IMG/VR virus record: IMGVR_UViG_3300030207_002897
Span: 1-58,285 of that record
Source: a virus
Lineage: Duplodnaviria; Caudoviricetes
Length of the DNA: 58,285 bases
Reading direction: 5' to 3' (one strand)
This document shows, one piece after another, positions 47,323 through 57,345 of this stretch. The position numbers and the translations under genes were made by a program. Each line of letters starts with the position of its first letter. The stretch's first letter is position 1. The notes below the pieces were generated by a model. It worked only from the letters and a program-made list of their open reading frames with translations. It had not been told where the DNA came from and searched no databases.

Positions 47323-47482
47323 GTTAACCACATGGTTTTTGGCGACAGGGGCGGTGTGTTTTTCTTCTATATCAGTGTATATGGGCATCTTAATGTGGAA
47401 AAGCTATGTATGGGCTCAATGGCTACATAGGCTTCAAGATAGCCTGAATAGATATGAAAGTGGGGCTGGCCCAATCATTTAA
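47294..47482 (+). CDS. Small membrane protein
   Basis: Basic N-terminus and one TM helix; SD GGAG. Confidence 0.6.
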   Translation: MRKRRQKRDKLTTWFLATGAVCFSSISVYMGILMWKSYVWAQWLHRLQDSLNRYESGAGPII

Positions 47483-47604
47483 TGCTGCGAAAATCATTTT
47501 ACTTAACACTAATTCGGGTTATGCTTGCAATAAGGTATTGCGGGTGTAGCCCGAATTTTATTAATATTAATAATATCCTTTAACCCAAGACCGAGAGGAA
47601 AGTT

Positions 47605-48789
47605 ATGTCTGAAGAAGCAGTACAGGAAGTATCAGAGGAAGTAACCTCTGATGTGGTAGATACAGGAGTTGAAGAAACTTCCGTATCAGATGATGTTCAG
47701 GTAGAAGAATCTTCACCCGAGCTAGATTTAACAGACGTTTTTTCTGAGAGCACTCCAGATCAAACAGACGATTTCCGCAATAGAGTTGAACAAGCTGGTG
47801 TTCGTTTTGAAGACGATACTCCGCCTAGAGAAGCACTTTTCAATGCTTACACACAGGCACAAGAGTATAACCAGCAATGGCAACAGTACCACCAGCAACA
47901 GGAAGCTCAGCGCCAGCAACAAGCACAGCAACAGCAGCAGATGCAGCAGATGGCCCAATACGGGATGCAGCAGTATCAGCAGCAACAGCAGATGCAGATG
48001 CAGGAATACCAACGTCAGCTCGAACAAGAACAGTACGAGCAGGAGATGGAATATGAGCAAGAAGGTGTTTGGTGGAATCCTCCTGAAATAGACAAGGAAG
48101 AGATTGCGAAATATCGAACAAGGTACCGCGGTCACGACGGACAGATGCGTTGGGACTGGAAGGTAGGTACACCACAAGAAATTAAAGACGCAGCAGAAGA
48201 TTATGTTGAATACCACAAAGGGTGGAATGAAGCACTTCGAGAGCGTCCAGATGAAGTTCTTCCGGAAATCATCGAAAAAGAATTTGATAAATTATTCATC
48301 GACCGATATGGAAAGTTGATGGATGAGTATCGTGACGAGCAGCATGTCCGAACTCAGGAACAGGCTGTAAACGATATTAATATACGAAATGCAGATTGGC
48401 TTTATCAGAACGACCCCAGAACTGGACAGGCAGTTATGGATCATTCCGGTGAGCCAGTCTTGTCACCCCAAGGTGAGCGAGTTATTGGACATATCAATAG
48501 CCTTCGCGAATCTGGGATGACAGACCCACAGCAGCTTTGGGACACAGCTTCAAGGCTTTTAGCCGGAGAACTTGCTCAAGGTGCACTACACCAAACCCGA
48601 CAGCAGATGCAAAGTGCGCAGCAAGTACAGCAGCGTAACATGCGTCATCTGCAAAACGGTGCTAGCCATATTCCTAACCGCGGCGGAAGCATGGCTCCAC
48701 CAGAAAATCCAAGCCCGACATCACAGAACCAGAGCCTGTCGCCTGGGGATAAGTTGCGTCAACAAGCGTTGGCGGATGGTTTATTTTAG
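47605..48789 (+). CDS. Putative capsid scaffolding protein with poly-Gln region
   Basis: Acidic N-terminus, helical, directly upstream of the MCP. Confidence 0.7.
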   Translation: MSEEAVQEVSEEVTSDVVDTGVEETSVSDDVQVEESSPELDLTDVFSESTPDQTDDFRNRVEQAGVRFEDDTPPREALFNAYTQAQEYNQQWQQYHQQQEAQRQQQAQQQQQMQQMAQYGMQQYQQQQQMQMQEYQRQLEQEQYEQEMEYEQEGVWWNPPEIDKEEIAKYRTRYRGHDGQMRWDWKVGTPQEIKDAAEDYVEYHKGWNEALRERPDEVLPEIIEKEFDKLFIDRYGKLMDEYRDEQHVRTQEQAVNDINIRNADWLYQNDPRTGQAVMDHSGEPVLSPQGERVIGHINSLRESGMTDPQQLWDTASRLLAGELAQGALHQTRQQMQSAQQVQQRNMRHLQNGASHIPNRGGSMAPPENPSPTSQNQSLSPGDKLRQQALADGLF

Positions 48790-48815
48790 TTTCCTTTTAG
48801 AGAAAGGTTAGGATC

Positions 48816-49979
48816 ATGGCCTATAAAGGTTTTAATCCCGTAGCTTTTGCTCGTACCGCAGCAACCACGCTCGCAAAGCACATCCGCGACGTTGAGGAGA
48901 ATATGCTCCGCAACTATCAGCTAGGTGCATTGCTGGAAGCCGCAGGACGGGTAAACTACAACAACTCCGGTGAAGGTTTCGACTGGCCGGTTCAATACCG
49001 TCTACATCAAGTAGAAGGTAATACGGGTGAAACAGCTCGTAACTTCGCACGTCGTAACTTGTGGAAAACGGCTAACTTGGAATACCGTGGTTACCAAACC
49101 ACCGACTCCATGTACTACCGTGAATTCCGCAGTAACCGTGGTGAAGAAGGAATTATCAAGGTATTTGATAATTTCGTTCAACGTCTAGAGACTTCTATCG
49201 AACAAGCTCTGGGTGGAGAATACTACGTTAACGGCTATGATACTGGCAACTCACAAGGCTGGCATGGGCTCGAAAGTATTTTCGGAACCATTACCCACAC
49301 ATTGCCTAGTGATGGTAGTGCAGCACGAAACAGCTCTAATACCGCTGACAAAGTTGGTAATCCTGCTGGGACATATGCTGGAATCTCTAAGGTTCTCGGT
49401 AATGCCGGTGGTGCTCAAGAAACTGGTGTAGGCTGGCCTAACGGCGTAGCTGACCCAGAATACGATTTCTGGTCACCACTTGTTGTTAACTACAACGCTA
49501 CTACTTTTGGCGATCAGACCGCCGGTAAGACACATAGCTTTGCCACTCAAGGTGATGAAGCAATGCGTTTCGCTATTATTCACGCTCAGCGTAATACTAG
49601 CCAGAACGGTCAGATTAGCAATATCATGCTATCCCGTCAGCTGTATATGGATCTCCTCAACTTGATTGATGAGAAGGAACGTATTCAGATTACTAGCGAA
49701 CATCAGCTTCGTGCTCTTGGATTTAAGAACACTGTTAACTTTGATGGTATTGAAGTTTCTTGGGAAACTGCTATTCCAGATGGGGTTGGCTATGGTCTTA
49801 ACTACCAGAACATTGAATTGAAATCTATGGACGATTCTCTCCTTCGCTCTGAAGGCCCTGAGTATGATATTCATAGCCAAGCATTCAATGCTGTTGTTTC
49901 AACACTGTCTAACCTGAAATTCAGCTCACCTCGTAACTTCTTCAAGTTGCAAGCTCTGACAGCTGTTAACAGCGACTAA
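48816..49979 (+). CDS. Major capsid protein (podovirus type, HK97 fold)
   Basis: 387 aa; pattern SGEGFDWPVQY...GWHGLES...GFKNTVNFDGIEV...NLKFSSPRNF; codon bias of a highly expressed gene. Confidence 0.85.
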   Translation: MAYKGFNPVAFARTAATTLAKHIRDVEENMLRNYQLGALLEAAGRVNYNNSGEGFDWPVQYRLHQVEGNTGETARNFARRNLWKTANLEYRGYQTTDSMYYREFRSNRGEEGIIKVFDNFVQRLETSIEQALGGEYYVNGYDTGNSQGWHGLESIFGTITHTLPSDGSAARNSSNTADKVGNPAGTYAGISKVLGNAGGAQETGVGWPNGVADPEYDFWSPLVVNYNATTFGDQTAGKTHSFATQGDEAMRFAIIHAQRNTSQNGQISNIMLSRQLYMDLLNLIDEKERIQITSEHQLRALGFKNTVNFDGIEVSWETAIPDGVGYGLNYQNIELKSMDDSLLRSEGPEYDIHSQAFNAVVSTLSNLKFSSPRNFFKLQALTAVNSD

Positions 49980-50005
49980 CCCCTTTTAGGAAAGGAATCA
50001 ATATT

Positions 50006-50596
50006 ATGATTCATGTAGATCCTCCATTCGATCTCGGTGAAACCCTTAAAGGGACTGACGATGATGGAAATCAAATTAATTCGCAATGGGAGGGAGCTGT
50101 ATTTGAGTTTCCCGATGTTGACCGAACTCCAAGTCCACGAGGCGGTGGTAAAAACCGTCGCAGTGGCGGAACGCTTCGAGCTGTTTGTGTCCGAAACATT
50201 AAAGACGGGGCTTTGACAGTAGCGACTGCTACTTACGGGCTGGTTCTTGGTTTCGGTACTACAGCTTCAGGCACTGGACGAAAAGCAGCTGGTCAAGTTG
50301 CAGGTGCAAGTCTAACAGAAGGCGATTGGGCCGGAGTTGGCGACCCTGAACTTGGGACTACTACTGTCGCAAAGCACGACCTATTCTGGTTGATTATCGG
50401 CGGAGCTGTTCCAGTTTTCGCTGAAGGCGCAGGTAGTCCCATTGGAGTAGGTAATGCAGTTGTTGCAGACGCAGGTACTGATGGCCATGTCATTCTTGCC
50501 GACGCTTCTAACGTCGTTGGTCAAATCTTGGGTATCACCCTTGATGACATTGCCGATAATGCTGCAGGTCTAGTTCACCTTTGTGTTAACTATTAA
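50006..50596 (+). CDS. Capsid cement/decoration protein
   Basis: Follows MCP, G/A/V-rich beta pattern, followed by a terminator. Confidence 0.65.
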   Translation: MIHVDPPFDLGETLKGTDDDGNQINSQWEGAVFEFPDVDRTPSPRGGGKNRRSGGTLRAVCVRNIKDGALTVATATYGLVLGFGTTASGTGRKAAGQVAGASLTEGDWAGVGDPELGTTTVAKHDLFWLIIGGAVPVFAEGAGSPIGVGNAVVADAGTDGHVILADASNVVGQILGITLDDIADNAAGLVHLCVNY

Positions 50597-50662
50597 TCCC
50601 TAATACCCGGCTGTACAGCCAGCAAGAACACCTCCTCACGGAAGTGTAGGGTCTTGGGTGCG

Positions 50663-50696
50663 GTGTCGGGTTCCTTAGGGAGCCCGGCACTTTTTT
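50663..50696 (+). terminator. Intrinsic terminator after capsid genes
   Basis: GTGTCGGGTTCC-TTAG-GGAGCCCGGCAC then TTTTTT. Confidence 0.9.
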
Positions 50697-50709
50697 ATTG
50701 GAGAAACAA

Positions 50710-51372
50710 ATGGCACTAAAATCCCTAGAAGGCATCAAAGCACCAAAAGGATTTGATTGGAAAGAGTTTGGAAAGCTCGTCGATATGGGAGGAGACCGAA
50801 AGGACTTTGCATTAAGATTTGGCCGCAAAAAAGATGTCCCCGAAGGATACGACTATTTCCACGGAAATTGGGGCAGATGGTGGAGAGATAAGGATAAATG
50901 GAATCCCAACAAATGGCGTAGGCACCAGAACTTTTTCAAGGCTGCTTGGGATTTATGGAAGCCAGAAGGAGGTGCTCAGGAGGCCGATACTAAGCTAAAA
51001 GATGCTACATTTGATCCCGTAGATACTAGCTCTAACACGCCTGGAGTATTTGAAGGTGCTTCTATAGAAGATGTTCACGCAGCATTTAAGACAGGCGATG
51101 AACCTGGCAAAATAACTCAATCTGAATATACAGACCTCTTTCGGAAGACTAACGATAATACCGAAGCGGGCAGTAGTTTGGAAAATCCTCCTATTGATAA
51201 TACAATAGATTTAGACACAGATGGCATTGATAATATTGGTGCCATCGAGAATAGTATTAGAGACAATCAAGATATATTTTTACCCGTAGATCAACAGCAG
51301 GGTAGCACTTACGGCAACACTCTGGGATACGATACTAGACAAAACAGAAGCAACCTTCAGTACGGAAGATAA
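50710..51372 (+). CDS. Protein with Trp/Lys-rich N-half and acidic C-half
   Basis: ATG 50710 with GGAG; Cys-free. Confidence 0.7.
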   Translation: MALKSLEGIKAPKGFDWKEFGKLVDMGGDRKDFALRFGRKKDVPEGYDYFHGNWGRWWRDKDKWNPNKWRRHQNFFKAAWDLWKPEGGAQEADTKLKDATFDPVDTSSNTPGVFEGASIEDVHAAFKTGDEPGKITQSEYTDLFRKTNDNTEAGSSLENPPIDNTIDLDTDGIDNIGAIENSIRDNQDIFLPVDQQQGSTYGNTLGYDTRQNRSNLQYGR

Positions 51373-51374
51373 CA

Positions 51375-51827
51375 ATGCCAAATATCATGATAGCTGGGCA
51401 ACAAATGCCCTATGATCCACAGCAGCTGGCTATGCTCTTGCAGAGCGCTAGTGAACAAGACTTGAATATGGCGGTTCAGCAAATTCAAGGATTGCCTCCA
51501 CAAGAAAGAAATCAGGCTATGCAGTTAATACAGCAGGCCATGATGATGCTAGGTGGCCCACAAGCTGCACAGCAGGGTGCCGGAGATTTAACTCATCTGC
51601 AGGGCCCAGATGTAGGCGCGTTATCCCAAGCGATGGAATCTGGGATGCAGCAAGGAACAATAAAACCGCTTGGGCCATCAAGTAGCGGAGCTGGGCCAGC
51701 CCAAATGGGGCTTGGTGGGAACTTCGTTGATGATGCAGGTGCAATGGCTCCAGGGTATTTGCCAGGCATAGACGGCGCCACTCCAGATTTGCGACAAGCA
51801 AGGATGCGTGATAATGGACTCACATAA
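51375..51827 (+). CDS. Gln/Met/Gly/Ala-rich low-complexity protein
   Basis: 150 aa, tight packing. Confidence 0.7.
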   Translation: MPNIMIAGQQMPYDPQQLAMLLQSASEQDLNMAVQQIQGLPPQERNQAMQLIQQAMMMLGGPQAAQQGAGDLTHLQGPDVGALSQAMESGMQQGTIKPLGPSSSGAGPAQMGLGGNFVDDAGAMAPGYLPGIDGATPDLRQARMRDNGLT

Positions 51828-52344
51828 AACATGCACAAAGTGCAATGTTGAATACCCGTTAAGCAGAGATTTTTGGCACCGAGACAATCACTCTGCTGAC
51901 GGGTACCGGACTACATGTAAGATGTGTCGTTCGGAAGAAGTCGAAAACAACCGAAAAGAAAAAGTTTCTAAGGCGGTAGACAAAATAGAAGATGAGGGCG
52001 TTGATTTATTAGATACGCTACTCAAGGGAGGGTCTGATGTCCCTCACATGGGAGAGACCTTCCAGAGAATAATGGAAGCCTTTGGTGGCCCAGGTGGATT
52101 AGCTCAGCAAGTTGCAGCTACCTTTTTTAGATCTGCCCCCGGTAGCCAGCAAAGACAAAGGATTCTTGAATCTGTCCTTAGATTAAATATTAAAGTTTCC
52201 GAATCCGGTGCGGCACAAAAATCATTTGAGGAGCTAACTAATGAAGAGCTTGATGAAGAGATTCAAAAGTCAGTTCGCTCAGTTATCGACCCAGACCTAC
52301 AAACCCTATATAAGCTAAAGCCATCCGATGGAGAATCAAGATAG
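51814..52344 (+). CDS. Putative terminase small subunit with N-terminal Zn finger
   Basis: CTKC...CKMC; ELTNEELDE tail; directly upstream of TerL (positional inference). Confidence 0.5.
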   Translation: MDSHKTCTKCNVEYPLSRDFWHRDNHSADGYRTTCKMCRSEEVENNRKEKVSKAVDKIEDEGVDLLDTLLKGGSDVPHMGETFQRIMEAFGGPGGLAQQVAATFFRSAPGSQQRQRILESVLRLNIKVSESGAAQKSFEELTNEELDEEIQKSVRSVIDPDLQTLYKLKPSDGESR

Positions 52345-54058
52345 CGCATTTTACGTTCCTCCCAACAACTTTCTTGAAGGGGTTACTGAATATCAGCGGG
52401 CTCAGCTCAGGCAACTTCATGTCGAAAAAGCAAAAAGAGAATCAGAAGCCTTGCGGCTTTATGAACCGCTACCTTTCCAGGATAAGTTTCACTCCTCAAA
52501 TGCCAAAGAGGTTCTCATACAGGCGGGTAATCAGGTTGGGAAGTCCTTATGTGCATTTGTCGAAGATGCTAGAGCTGCCACGGGCCAGGATCCCTACGGG
52601 AAGTACCCCAAAGAAGACGGTATCATGGTTTGCCTCGGCATGGACGAGGGGCATATTGGCAGGACTATACATAAGTATTTGTTTAGATCCGGATCTTTCA
52701 AAATCATCAAGGACAACATCTCTAACAAGTGGCGTGCCTGGAAGCCTTGGATTGAATCTGACTGGGAAAGAAAATCGGAAACAAAGCCTGCTCCTCCTCT
52801 CATACCTGAAAGATTTATAAAGCAGTTTGCCTGGAAGAAGCGTGCTCAACATGTCTTTGAAATATGTGAGCTGCATAACGGGTGGACAATCTACGCAATG
52901 GGGTCCAAGGGAGATCCTTCGCAGGGTTTCCAAGCTGATTTAGTTCATATAGATGAAGACCTCGAGCGGTCTGAATGGTACGACGAAATGATTGCCCGTC
53001 TATCTATGCGTAATGGCAAGCTGAGATGGTCTGCTTTGCCTCACTCTAAAAACGACGCTTTAGTTAATCTTGCAGAACGAGCAGAGGACGAGGAAAACGA
53101 AGAGAATCCGTCAACTCTAGTTATGCGAGCTACTATATTCGACAACCCTTTCATGCCTGAACAGGTAAAACAAGAAAACATTAAGCGATGGAAGGCTAAA
53201 GGAGAAGATGAGTTTCGTAAGCGTGCGTTAGGAGAGCTTGTTACCGATAGCGTTCTTATGTACCCTAACTTCTCAAAGGACGTACATAATGCAATCCGAT
53301 TTGAAGAGCCAAGAAACAAAGTCCAAGAATACTTGGCGAATAACAATGGGCAGCCGGGCAAGGACTGGTGCAAGTACATGGTCGTGGACCCAGGTCATAG
53401 TGTTTGCGCTGTTACTTTCTATGCCATCCCACCACCTAGCTTGGGCAATAATGTTGTATGTTATGACGAGCTTTATATACAAAACTGTACGGCAGCGAAA
53501 TTTGGTAATATGGTAGCTCAAAAGGTGGAGCAGCATGGTGGACAATTTGAGTCATTCATTATTGATGCTCACGGGGGTAGAATTAGGGAAATTGGTAGTG
53601 GGGTATTGCCGCGAATACAGTATTCAAAAGAGCTTCAAAGACACAATGTTGTAAGCAATACAACAGGAAGTAATTTCTTGAGCGGGTCAGATGATGTTCC
53701 CGGCCGAGAGATGAAGCTAAGAAGTTGGATTAATATACAATCTAACGGTACTCCCACATTATTAGTTGTTGTAGCCAGATGCCCTAATTTGTGTAGGGAG
53801 TTTAATAGATTTAAGAAAAAAACAATGAATGGCTTCATTACAGATCAAGGAAATCGCCGTGGAAACTGCCATGCTATAGAAACACTAGAATATGCAGCCG
53901 CTCACGGGTTAAAATATGTTAAGCCCAAATCTAAAAGAGTTATTAGAGGAAGGGTTGCCCAAATACTACAAGGACGTAAAATGCGTTCAGCTCAAAGATC
54001 TGCTAAAAAGCGGGGTTTGAGCACTAACACCATCAACCTAGGACCCCAAGGAGAATAG
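52328..54058 (+). CDS. terL: Terminase large subunit
   Basis: PLPFQDKFH, Walker A AGNQVGKS, Walker B VHIDE, DNPF, nuclease VVDPG and YDELY. Confidence 0.92.
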   Translation: MENQDSAFYVPPNNFLEGVTEYQRAQLRQLHVEKAKRESEALRLYEPLPFQDKFHSSNAKEVLIQAGNQVGKSLCAFVEDARAATGQDPYGKYPKEDGIMVCLGMDEGHIGRTIHKYLFRSGSFKIIKDNISNKWRAWKPWIESDWERKSETKPAPPLIPERFIKQFAWKKRAQHVFEICELHNGWTIYAMGSKGDPSQGFQADLVHIDEDLERSEWYDEMIARLSMRNGKLRWSALPHSKNDALVNLAERAEDEENEENPSTLVMRATIFDNPFMPEQVKQENIKRWKAKGEDEFRKRALGELVTDSVLMYPNFSKDVHNAIRFEEPRNKVQEYLANNNGQPGKDWCKYMVVDPGHSVCAVTFYAIPPPSLGNNVVCYDELYIQNCTAAKFGNMVAQKVEQHGGQFESFIIDAHGGRIREIGSGVLPRIQYSKELQRHNVVSNTTGSNFLSGSDDVPGREMKLRSWINIQSNGTPTLLVVVARCPNLCREFNRFKKKTMNGFITDQGNRRGNCHAIETLEYAAAHGLKYVKPKSKRVIRGRVAQILQGRKMRSAQRSAKKRGLSTNTINLGPQGE

Positions 54059-54060
54059 TC

Positions 54061-54441
54061 ATGACGACTACCGAAAAGAAATCGCCAGAACAGCTGGCAC
54101 ACGAGTTTGTAATGCCCGATATTGAGCTTGGATCACCAGTGATGTTTCATCGCGCCCACGACCTACAAAATCCACAATTAGGCTTTGTCGTAAGAATAGG
54201 CCGAACAGGTAAGAATGTAGTCATTCGGACATCAGACAGACATGTTCACGAATCAGTGAAGCATGTAGATGACCCTCGTTTAGACTGGAATGTAGACCAT
54301 CGAGAGTCTGGATCATGGGATTATACCCCTGAGTGGAAACGGTTAGAGAAAGAGCGAAAAGACCTAGAGGCACGCGTTGCAGCTTTAGAGCATACTGCCA
54401 CGAAAACAGTTAGTCGCCGTAAGAAGTCACAAGACTCCTAA
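54061..54441 (+). CDS. Hypothetical protein (SH3-like N-part plus coiled coil)
   Basis: 126 aa, SD AGGAG. Confidence 0.75.
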   Translation: MTTTEKKSPEQLAHEFVMPDIELGSPVMFHRAHDLQNPQLGFVVRIGRTGKNVVIRTSDRHVHESVKHVDDPRLDWNVDHRESGSWDYTPEWKRLEKERKDLEARVAALEHTATKTVSRRKKSQDS

Positions 54442-54461
54442 TACGACAAAATGTCATCTTA
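54439..54461. promoter_or_regulatory. 23-bp palindromic site, copy 5 (TAATACGACA-AAA-TGTCATCTTA)
   Basis: Overlaps the upstream stop and abuts the portal SD. Confidence 0.85.
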
Positions 54462-54471
54462 AGGAATAATC

Positions 54472-56778
54472 ATGGACAGCACTGAAAAAGAGCATCCTTT
54501 CAGGCCTATTGTAGATCAATGGCTAGAAAAGATTAAAAAGGCTAAGAAACAGAAGCACGAACGCTTCGGCAAGTATGCTGAAGAGGCCATGAAATTCTTT
54601 GATGGTTCGCACGACTGGATGTGGAAGGGGGATTACGCTAAATCTAGTGGCGGATTCCTGGATAAAAAAGCCCAAGGCGCTATGCCTACCTTCCGCATGA
54701 CAGTCAACCGAGTATTTGAAGCTGTCGCTTTATTTGGTCCGGTCTTATATCACCGAAATCCAGTGATTCAGGTTACTCCCAGAGTAACACCTAAAATCGA
54801 GCCTGTGCTTCTTGGCCTTGATCCTGAAGATGAGGAGCAAATCCAGCAAGCTCAGCAGATGATTTTCCAGCAAGACATGGAGAACGATAAGAAGCGTAGC
54901 TATTCTAGGCTAAAAGAACACTATTTGAACTGGGTGCAGCAAGAGTGCAATAAAAAAGATCAGGCTCGCATGGCTATTAATGAAGCCATTGTAAAGGGGA
55001 TGAGCTTTTTATGGACAGAAATGTATCGCCCTAGTGGTTCTGAGATTAATGTCCCTAAAAGTTTTTATGTTTCTGTTGATGATGTTGTAATCGACCCTGA
55101 TGCTCAGTATTGGGAAGACGTTCAGTGGGTTGCTCGTCGCTGTGTTCACCCCCGCTGGAAAGTCGAGAGAGAATATGGCATTGAGGGCAAGCTAAAAGGC
55201 ACTAAATCATCCCTCAATAGGCAGGCAGAGAAAAGCAATCGAAGTACGAAAGAGGATTCCGGCTCAAAGAGGACTGGTGACTCTTTTGATTTGGTCGAAT
55301 ATTGGCAGATTTACTCCAAGACTGGGTTTGGCACTAGACTGAAAAAAAGTGGCGTTGTTAAAGACGTTAAAGAGAAGTTTGATTTTGAGCAGTTTGGAGA
55401 TTTTTGTTACATTGCTGTAACCGAAGACTGCTCTTACCCTCTGAACATGCCGCCTGAATCGCTAGAAGGCGATCCAGAAGAGATGTTTTTACGCTCTCAA
55501 TGGCCTATTCCTTTCTGGACAGATGGCGGCTGGCCGTTTAGTAAGTTGCACTTCTATGAGAAGCCAAAAGAAATATGGCCAATTTCTCTTATTAAGCCTG
55601 CTATCGGAGAGCTCCGGTTTGTTAACTGGTGTATGTCCTTCCTTGCTGACAAAGTGGCCGCATCTTCTACCACTTATGTTGCTATTGCGAAGGCCGCGGG
55701 TGCAGAAATACAAGATCAAATTAAGTCCGGCGTTGGCCCATACACTCATATAGAAATATCTGAGATATTTGGGCGTAGTGTTAGCGACGTAGTTTCATTC
55801 CTGGACGCACCATCGTTTAACGTCGATATATGGCGGATGGTGTCTGAAGTTCTGGACATGATCGACAAGAGAACCGGGCTCACGGAATTGCTTTATGGGC
55901 TTTCCGGTGGTACTCAGATTCGATCAGCTACAGAAGCGGATGTGCGAAACCAGAACGTATCCGTTCGTCCAGATGATATGGCTTCTCGAGTGGAAGATTG
56001 GCTTAGTAAGTGTGCTGTAAACGAAATGCTTACGGCAGAATGGGCTTTGACAGGAAATGACGTATATCATGTCCTTGGCCCAACGGGTGCGATGATCTGG
56101 GAGCAGCAGATCCAGCAGCAAGAGTTCGAGCGAACGGTTCGAGACTACGATTATCGCATTGAAGCAGGATCTGCAAGGAAGCCTAATAAAACAAATATTA
56201 TTAGGCAGCTAAATGACTTTGCACAGATAGCATTCCCCATGATTCAGCAGTTTGTAGAGATGGGAATGGATGGTCCATACAACGCCTTCATGCGTGACTG
56301 GGCAAAAGCTAATGAAATGGATGTAGAGCCATATCTTCTTGATCTGGAAGAGCTGAAGCAAAAAGAACAAGAGGAAGAGCAGGCAGCGAAAGAAGGCCAA
56401 GAGCCAGATCCTGAGCAGCAAGCACAGGAAATGCAGATGCAGTATCAGCAACAACAAATGCAATACGAGCAGCAGAAGGGTCAGCTCGAACTCCAGAAAA
56501 TGCAAATGGAAATGCAGCTTAAACAGGCTGAGTTACAGTCTAAAGCATCTGGCGGAGACTCTTCGGCTAGAATTGCCGAGGAGAAAATGCAGCTCGAAGC
56601 AGAGAAAATGCGTCTTGATGCACAATCTCACCAGCAAGAACTACAACAAGACTCCGAGCGACACGATATGGAAATGGAGCAAGCTAAAGAAAAACATCAA
56701 ATGGAGATGGAATTCTTACAGCTAAAGAGTGAAGCAGAAAAAAGACGAAATACTGCTCAGGCATCAGATAGCAATTAA
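54472..56778 (+). CDS. Portal protein (P22-like, long C-terminal Gln/Glu coiled coil)
   Basis: 768 aa; VVIDPDA, RTGLTELLYG...RSATEA, YRIEAGS motifs; near TerL. Confidence 0.88.
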   Translation: MDSTEKEHPFRPIVDQWLEKIKKAKKQKHERFGKYAEEAMKFFDGSHDWMWKGDYAKSSGGFLDKKAQGAMPTFRMTVNRVFEAVALFGPVLYHRNPVIQVTPRVTPKIEPVLLGLDPEDEEQIQQAQQMIFQQDMENDKKRSYSRLKEHYLNWVQQECNKKDQARMAINEAIVKGMSFLWTEMYRPSGSEINVPKSFYVSVDDVVIDPDAQYWEDVQWVARRCVHPRWKVEREYGIEGKLKGTKSSLNRQAEKSNRSTKEDSGSKRTGDSFDLVEYWQIYSKTGFGTRLKKSGVVKDVKEKFDFEQFGDFCYIAVTEDCSYPLNMPPESLEGDPEEMFLRSQWPIPFWTDGGWPFSKLHFYEKPKEIWPISLIKPAIGELRFVNWCMSFLADKVAASSTTYVAIAKAAGAEIQDQIKSGVGPYTHIEISEIFGRSVSDVVSFLDAPSFNVDIWRMVSEVLDMIDKRTGLTELLYGLSGGTQIRSATEADVRNQNVSVRPDDMASRVEDWLSKCAVNEMLTAEWALTGNDVYHVLGPTGAMIWEQQIQQQEFERTVRDYDYRIEAGSARKPNKTNIIRQLNDFAQIAFPMIQQFVEMGMDGPYNAFMRDWAKANEMDVEPYLLDLEELKQKEQEEEQAAKEGQEPDPEQQAQEMQMQYQQQQMQYEQQKGQLELQKMQMEMQLKQAELQSKASGGDSSARIAEEKMQLEAEKMRLDAQSHQQELQQDSERHDMEMEQAKEKHQMEMEFLQLKSEAEKRRNTAQASDSN

Positions 56779-56787
56779 GGATAAAAT

Positions 56788-57345
56788 ATGAGTAAGCACC
56801 CAGACTATGAACGATATCGCAAGCAGTGTGAAGAAGCCGGTAGGGTAGATTTCTACGAACACCTTATACTTGAAGGGAATAACCCTGGCTTTGCTGCTAT
56901 GCTTGCGATGCAACGTCCCGCAGGAACTAAAGGAACTGAGCGTGCTTTTCTTGAAGGGCAGCAGCACTGGGCAGATAAACTCAGCCATGACTGTGCTACT
57001 GAACTACATCGTCAAGCTAAGAATGCCGGTATCTCTACTCAGGGCAAAAAATACATTGGTGGACTAGGCAGGCCTACAGACAAGATGGCCTGGGTTTCCA
57101 CACAAGATGATGTGTCAGCTGCACTAAAAGCCAAGGGCTTAAGTGCTGTTGGCGGGGTTAATTACAAAGCCCCGGAAAGAGAATTCAAAGGCAAAAAGAA
57201 ATTAGGCGATGATATTGTCGCTAAATACATGCTAGAAGAGATGTCCAAGGATCCTTCGTTAGCAAAAAAAGCAGAGAAAAACTCTAAAGTGATGAAACAG
57301 CTTAAAGAAAAAGTTATTTCTAAGCACACGAAAGGCAAGAAATAA
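56788..57345 (+). CDS. Basic hypothetical protein downstream of portal
   Basis: 185 aa, SD AAGGA. Confidence 0.75.
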   Translation: MSKHPDYERYRKQCEEAGRVDFYEHLILEGNNPGFAAMLAMQRPAGTKGTERAFLEGQQHWADKLSHDCATELHRQAKNAGISTQGKKYIGGLGRPTDKMAWVSTQDDVSAALKAKGLSAVGGVNYKAPEREFKGKKKLGDDIVAKYMLEEMSKDPSLAKKAEKNSKVMKQLKEKVISKHTKGKK

